From NCBI GenBank assembly GCA_050293845.1, contig JBNKNM010000046.1, forward strand, positions 1 to 31,478: 31,478 bases of DNA. The letters are read 5' to 3'. The stretch comes from Pseudobacteriovorax sp. Lineage in GTDB: Bacteria > Bdellovibrionota_B > Oligoflexia > Oligoflexales > Oligoflexaceae. The notes below the pieces were generated by a model that saw only the letters and a program-made list of their open reading frames with translations, was not told the origin of the DNA and searched no databases. Each line of letters begins with the position of its first letter. The first letter of the stretch is position 1. Shown in pieces: positions 26,825 through 31,478 of the stretch. The position numbers were made by a program, and so were the translations under genes.

Positions 26825-27484
26825 CTACACTCCTTTTTTTCGCGGACTCCAGATATATTTGTGTTGCTGCAAATTAAGCCGTACATCAAGTTTATCGTTG
26901 ACAATCCAATACACTAAATCGGCCGGATCAAGCAAACCAAAGGCAGGCGACATCAAAACAGTAAATTTTTCCTCTAATTGTTGGCTTTTAATAATGGTCC
27001 GCGCCCAATCATAATCACTGCGATCGGCGATGACAAACTTGATTTCATCGGTCGCTTTAAGAAAGTCTAAGTTCGCCCACAAATTACGGTCTACCATACC
27101 ACTACCAGGACATTTTATATCCATAATCAGAGTCACACCTGCCGGAACCTGAGAAATATCTTCCGCACCGCTGGTTTCACAAAGAACGCGAAAGCCACTA
27201 TCGATCAGTTCCTTCATAAAGGGCAGGCAAGCCTTTTGCGCCAAAGGCTCTCCCCCAGTAATCTCAACTAAATTTATTTCATAAGAATTAAGTTGCTTGA
27301 TGATCTCATCGAAGGACTGATCCTTTCCCCCATGGAAACCGTAAACAGTGTCACACCAGCGGCAACGCAAGGGACATCCCGTCAGCCTTACAAAGAGACA
27401 TGGCAACCCGGCATATGAAGACTCCCCTTGAACACTAGCATATATCTCAGTTATCACTAGACTTCGATCTTTTTGGTTACTCAT
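26825..27484 (-). CDS. queE: 7-carboxy-7-deazaguanine synthase (radical SAM)
   Basis: EIYASVQGE, FVRLTGCPLRCRWCDT, ITGGEPL, ETSG, MDIKCPGSG, KFVI, LQQHKYIW. Start at ATG 27484. Confidence 0.9.
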   Translation of the reverse strand: MSNQKDRSLVITEIYASVQGESSYAGLPCLFVRLTGCPLRCRWCDTVYGFHGGKDQSFDEIIKQLNSYEINLVEITGGEPLAQKACLPFMKELIDSGFRVLCETSGAEDISQVPAGVTLIMDIKCPGSGMVDRNLWANLDFLKATDEIKFVIADRSDYDWARTIIKSQQLEEKFTVLMSPAFGLLDPADLVYWIVNDKLDVRLNLQQHKYIWSPRKKGV

Positions 27485-27508
27485 GTTAATTTTGCCTATC
27501 ATTTGTGA

Positions 27509-28408
27509 GTGTATATGGAAGAAAAGACGCCCTCTCCCGATCAAACACTGTCACCTTGGTCGCAAGGAATCGCCTTGCTGAAAGCTATCAAGGTGCAGTT
27601 GGTGTATCTAAGCTTGGTCGGAATGGCAATACCATTGTTTGTTTTCGAGCTGATCACCAACAGGCTTTCGTTAGATTTATCTATAAATATTAGTCAATTA
27701 CACGAAAACACGACCCTGTTTACATTTATCGACACATGGAGTAACTTTTTTTCGAATTATGTAATTTTGACGATCATATCTTATATGATTGCTATGATAA
27801 GCTACTTTGCTTTGATTGATGTCTGCTGGTCTTACTTATCCCATAACAAAACATCTGCAGAACCGCTTTATAAGATTTGGCTCAGAAATATAAAGCTATT
27901 GCCAAGGGCCTTACTCAGCACAGCTATATTGACTGCCCTGGTGATAGGTATGGCAGTTGCGGCGTATTTTTCGTCAATTTTAGGCCAATTTATTACTATT
28001 ATACTCCTAGCGACTTTAGCTTTAGCTTATGCCATACCTCTATTGCTTTGGCTGGGGGAACGGCCCTGGCCCGCCATCCGTAAAAGCCTAGGACTTGCTT
28101 ACGCGATGACTGGAAAGTTCAAAAGGTGGGCTCTTTTTTTTCAGATTATGACCTTTCATATCATAGCCATTGTCTATGTTATGTTTTTCAGTTTTGTCAC
28201 GGATAAGATTCGTCATCTTGATGAAGTGTTTGGCTTCGCAAGAAGTTTTGCTTACTCTCCGGATAGCTGGCCCGAAAGCCCGATGTTTTTTCTTTCGGGA
28301 ATCTTTTTGCAAGCTACAAGCAGCCTGATTATAGCCAGCTTTGTCGCCATCACCACAAACTTTTTTTTCACAGTATCAGATAAACATTACCGTTTGGAAA
28401 CCTCCTAG
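27509..28408 (+). CDS. Hypothetical integral membrane protein (about 6 TM)
   Basis: Multiple hydrophobic segments; PWPAIRKSLGL loop resembles DUF975/GDPD membrane-domain-like proteins. Start GTG 27509 or ATG 27515. Confidence 0.7.
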   Translation: MYMEEKTPSPDQTLSPWSQGIALLKAIKVQLVYLSLVGMAIPLFVFELITNRLSLDLSINISQLHENTTLFTFIDTWSNFFSNYVILTIISYMIAMISYFALIDVCWSYLSHNKTSAEPLYKIWLRNIKLLPRALLSTAILTALVIGMAVAAYFSSILGQFITIILLATLALAYAIPLLLWLGERPWPAIRKSLGLAYAMTGKFKRWALFFQIMTFHIIAIVYVMFFSFVTDKIRHLDEVFGFARSFAYSPDSWPESPMFFLSGIFLQATSSLIIASFVAITTNFFFTVSDKHYRLETS

Positions 28409-28410
28409 TT

Positions 28411-28764
28411 ATGATGAAATTGTACCATTACAAGAATTGTACTACCTGTAAAAAAGCTTTAAGATTTGTATCGGAACAAGGAACCCCTTGCGAAATCATA
28501 GCTATCGACCAGAACCCTCCTACTAAGAAAGAGCTTGGTATTGTATTAGCAAAATACCAGGGCAACATACGTAAGCTATTTAATACCAGCGGTAAAATGT
28601 ACCGCAGCATGAACCTCAAAGAGAAAATGCCAAGCATGAATGAAGTCACAGCCCTCGATCTATTATCACAAGAGGGGATGCTCGTGAAACGCCCCCTTCT
28701 AGTCACCAAGCAAGGGGGACTCGTTGGCTTCAACGAAGCGGAATGGCAAGAATTTTTTTCCTAG
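28411..28764 (+). CDS. ArsC/Spx/MgsR-family thioredoxin-fold protein
   Basis: YKNCTTCKKA (CxxC), FNTSG.MYR, GMLVKRPLL, VGF. Confidence 0.9.
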   Translation: MMKLYHYKNCTTCKKALRFVSEQGTPCEIIAIDQNPPTKKELGIVLAKYQGNIRKLFNTSGKMYRSMNLKEKMPSMNEVTALDLLSQEGMLVKRPLLVTKQGGLVGFNEAEWQEFFS

Positions 28765-29438
28765 TGGCTACCCTCCACCCGCTGCAAAAGGTGAGAAATG
28801 TGAGCTTCCAACGGCTCTGTTATCTCATCTTCCATATGGGATAACACTGCTGTTTCAATACGCTTTTCGATAAGTTCTGATAGCATCTGACTGCTAAGGC
28901 CTGGATAGAGTTCGTTGAGACCAAGCAAAAACTCACGATGACTCCTGCCCTGCCGATAATCGGGTTCTTTGCTAGGGTGCTGGAGATAGGTTTCTATTTG
29001 CTCTATCTGTAAATCGACTAAAAGGGAGGCCTGATAGAGCAAATAAGTACGACTGCGAAACAAAGAGGTTCCGGCAAACTTTCGCTGACCCTTAACAATA
29101 TCGCTATATCCTCGTTGCCTAAAACCAAGCTCTGGGAACAGGGGAGACATCGCGGTTATGATACTATTGTTTAAGGCACTGAAGTATCTATCGTTGTGGT
29201 AAGGGCTCGATACCCAAGCGCCAATAGAAACCACAACACAGCCCCTGTGAAGCAGTACGGTTCCCCCTCCCCCGTAGCGTTTGAGAATGGGGACCCCATC
29301 TCTCTGGCATCGCTCGACGTGAGCCTCACGTTCTTCTTTATTGCTGCGCCCTAATACCACCATCGGCGATGGGGGAACAAAGACCTTATAAGCCAGTCTT
29401 TTACTGCAATCCTTTATAATCTGATCATCTATCCACAT
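28761..29438 (-). CDS. Lipoate-protein ligase family protein (single catalytic domain)
   Basis: VVLGRSN, KRYGGGGTV, SDIV...RKFAG, YQASLL, HPSKEPDYRQGRSH. Confidence 0.8.
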   Translation of the reverse strand: MWIDDQIIKDCSKRLAYKVFVPPSPMVVLGRSNKEEREAHVERCQRDGVPILKRYGGGGTVLLHRGCVVVSIGAWVSSPYHNDRYFSALNNSIITAMSPLFPELGFRQRGYSDIVKGQRKFAGTSLFRSRTYLLYQASLLVDLQIEQIETYLQHPSKEPDYRQGRSHREFLLGLNELYPGLSSQMLSELIEKRIETAVLSHMEDEITEPLEAHISHLLQRVEGSH

Positions 29439-29444
29439 AAACGG

Positions 29445-30809
29445 CTACCATTTCCAATTGGCAATGAAAATTGCAATATTAAAGAGGGTGAATATCCCAA
29501 ATATATCTACTAAAGAGGCAATGACGGGTGAACTTGACACCGCAGGATCAAGTCGCATTTTTTTCAAAACCAGAGGTAACATTGATCCGGCAATCGCACC
29601 AAAGAGAACAACACAAAGGAGCGAGGCCGCTATGGTAAATCCAGCCATCACGTCTAATCCACTCACATACACGACTCGCCAAAAACCCAGCACACTCAAG
29701 ACCAAACCTAAGGCTACACCCATCAAGATTTCGCGACTGAGAACGCGCCACCAATCGCCCACTTCTATTTCCCGGACTGCAATTCCCCTAATGATTAGCG
29801 AGGCTGCCTGGGAGCCAGAGTTGCCACCCGATGAAATGATTAATGGTAAGAAGATCAATAGAAATTTCATCGCAAAAGTAGACTCATAGGCTTCCAGGAC
29901 ATTGGCCGTAAACATCATCATAAGAAAGATCATAGCCAGCCAGCTGCCGCGTTTTTTAAACAAAGTAAACATAGGTGTGTGGAGATAGGAATCTTCTAAG
30001 GATGTCTGGCCACCGAAAGCTTGAATGTTTTCTGTAGCCTCTTCCTCAGCGACATCAAAGACATCATCGGCCTCGACAATACCGACAAGCCGATCTTCGT
30101 TATCAACAACAGGAATATAAGGCCGGTCATACTTCCGAAAATGGTCAACCGCTGCACCCTCTTCATCATAAACCGACAATGCGTAAGATAATTCATTCAT
30201 GACCTCAGCAACCTTAACGGTTCCAGGATCAGCTAGCACCAGAGATGAAAGCGAGACATGGCCTTTAAGCTTCCCTTGCTCATCAACGACAAAGATGTGA
30301 TGTAAAAAAATTTCGGACACACCGCTAGAATTCCACCTAATATGGGCCAGAGCATCGTTGACAGTGACATCAGGAGATACCGATATAAACTCGGGACTCA
30401 TCATCCGACCAATAGTATCTTCAGGATAGCTTAGGAGCTGCCAAGCAATTTTTCGCTCTGAAGGCTCCATCTGTGCTATCAACTTGGCCCGTAGCTCCTG
30501 TGGTAATTCCTCCAAAAGATGTGTTCGATCGACTGGTTCCATATCATTGAGCAGAGTAACCCCTACCAGATCTGGTAAAGCATCCAGCATTCCATTTTGG
30601 ATTTCAAAGTGGAGATAGGAAAATAGTTCTGCACGGCGGCTTTTGGGAACTAATCTGAACAGAATAAGATTGCTATCAAGATCGTTTTTAGAGAAAATTT
30701 CGGATATATCCGCGACCTCCATTTTCGCAAAAATGGTTTTTATCATGCGGAGATTCTTTGCAGCGAGAAAGTCAGCTATATCTTCTGTAGTGTAGATTTT
30801 ATGATCCAT
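29445..30809 (-). CDS. mgtE: Magnesium transporter MgtE
   Basis: MgtE N-domain, YPEDTIGRMM, CBS pair, EEEATE, PLIISSGGNSGSQ, LDPAVSSSP..ASLVDIFG. ATG 30809 (or 30812) after GAGGAG. Confidence 0.95.
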   Translation of the reverse strand: MDHKIYTTEDIADFLAAKNLRMIKTIFAKMEVADISEIFSKNDLDSNLILFRLVPKSRRAELFSYLHFEIQNGMLDALPDLVGVTLLNDMEPVDRTHLLEELPQELRAKLIAQMEPSERKIAWQLLSYPEDTIGRMMSPEFISVSPDVTVNDALAHIRWNSSGVSEIFLHHIFVVDEQGKLKGHVSLSSLVLADPGTVKVAEVMNELSYALSVYDEEGAAVDHFRKYDRPYIPVVDNEDRLVGIVEADDVFDVAEEEATENIQAFGGQTSLEDSYLHTPMFTLFKKRGSWLAMIFLMMMFTANVLEAYESTFAMKFLLIFLPLIISSGGNSGSQAASLIIRGIAVREIEVGDWWRVLSREILMGVALGLVLSVLGFWRVVYVSGLDVMAGFTIAASLLCVVLFGAIAGSMLPLVLKKMRLDPAVSSSPVIASLVDIFGIFTLFNIAIFIANWKW

Positions 30810-31476
30810 CATTACTCCTCACATCTTCCCCTTGACAAAGACTATCCATTGCGTGAAAAACATCATCAAAATCTTCCTCTGCAATTTCAATAGCTTCCAG
30901 AAAATCTCCCATGAGAGGCTCGCCCTGACATGCAAAAGCGTGGGCGAATCGCAACGTATCGGGAGTATAAAGAGATGCCGCTAAAATGGAAGCATTGTTC
31001 CACTCTTTTTTATCAATCAACCTACTAAATTTGGGGTTTGTGAATTTTGGTCTGTTTTCAGTCAGGTAACGCTCTATAATGATCTTCTTTTTTTTCAATT
31101 TATCCTCTGTAGTCAGGTTCTGTTTATAAAGCTTGGAAAGGCTTTCTCGAAGCATCTTTAACCATTTCCGGAATTGAACTTTATCCCGACGACCTTCCAG
31201 ATACCCTTCAATGTCACGGACACTTCCCTGATCATGTAAGAATTTCTCAGTTAAAATTCCTGCAGAGAACTCCGCTAAATTTTCATTAAAGGTCGTCGAT
31301 CCCCGAGACCAGAAAGTACGATGAGTCAGTTCATGGAATAATAAGTGGGCAAAGTCTGCTTCCCTATAACGAAGCATAGATGTATAAATGGGGTCATGAA
31401 ACCAGCCTAAAGAAGAAAAAGCACCGACCCTTGCTTTATGAATATCATAATTCTTCGCTAGCTCTACGGCCTTGCG
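30799..31476 (-). CDS. Putative zinc aminopeptidase (DUF2265-like), 5'-truncated by the window edge
   Basis: Frame is open to the window end: ...VGAFSSLGWFHDPIYTSML...LLFHELTH...TTFNENLAEF (HExxH plus downstream E), and NNA near the C-terminus. Confidence 0.8.
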   Translation of the reverse strand, partial: RKAVELAKNYDIHKARVGAFSSLGWFHDPIYTSMLRYREADFAHLLFHELTHRTFWSRGSTTFNENLAEFSAGILTEKFLHDQGSVRDIEGYLEGRRDKVQFRKWLKMLRESLSKLYKQNLTTEDKLKKKKIIIERYLTENRPKFTNPKFSRLIDKKEWNNASILAASLYTPDTLRFAHAFACQGEPLMGDFLEAIEIAEEDFDDVFHAMDSLCQGEDVRSNDGS

Positions 31477-31478
31477 AT

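Noticed and set aside
28411..28764. ArsC-family gene as part of an arsenic-resistance island
   Set aside because: No arsR/arsB/acr3 nearby; it is the CxxC Spx/YusI-like subfamily in a housekeeping context.
121..30196. Numerous 60-150 aa antisense or alternative-frame ORFs in the track
   Set aside because: They lie mostly or entirely within well-supported genes and show no motifs; they are expected shadow ORFs.

Overview
A gene-dense bacterial chromosome segment (GC in the low-40s percent by eye) made up mostly of housekeeping genes. Gene content and order (mpl, pal, rny-ymdB, trmFO, gshB, many orphan secreted and lipoproteins, sigma28-like promoters) suggest a Gram-negative Bdellovibrionota/Oligoflexia-like or other delta-type organism; this is inference. 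Order: mpl, pal, rny, ymdB, a beta-barrel OMP, a degenerate ArgH-like ORF with a C-terminal LptM-like lipoprotein module, dapA, dapB (+); a 660-aa secreted protein, a CYTH protein, an OMP, a degenerate pyruvate-kinase-like protein, psd, trmFO, tpiA, pgk (-); gshB, a small secreted protein, a LysM lipoprotein, a matrixin-type lipoprotein, valS (+); a class-III aminotransferase, queE (-); a membrane protein, an ArsC/Spx-family protein (+); a lipoate-ligase family protein, mgtE, a partial aminopeptidase (-). I saw no rRNA, tRNA, CRISPR array or mobile element. Most notable: (1) an apparent ArgH pseudoenzyme fused to an LptM-like lipoprotein, which has its own internal in-frame GGAGG/GTG start, while the upstream RBS and ATG sit inside a long hairpin, suggesting two isoforms; (2) a pyruvate kinase homologue lacking canonical catalytic and metal-binding residues; (3) five FliA-like promoters, all in front of secreted or surface proteins; (4) a 9-bp ACATGT repeat array forming tandem start-stop codons before psd; (5) structured leaders before mpl and rny. 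All family calls come from recalled motifs, not database searches.
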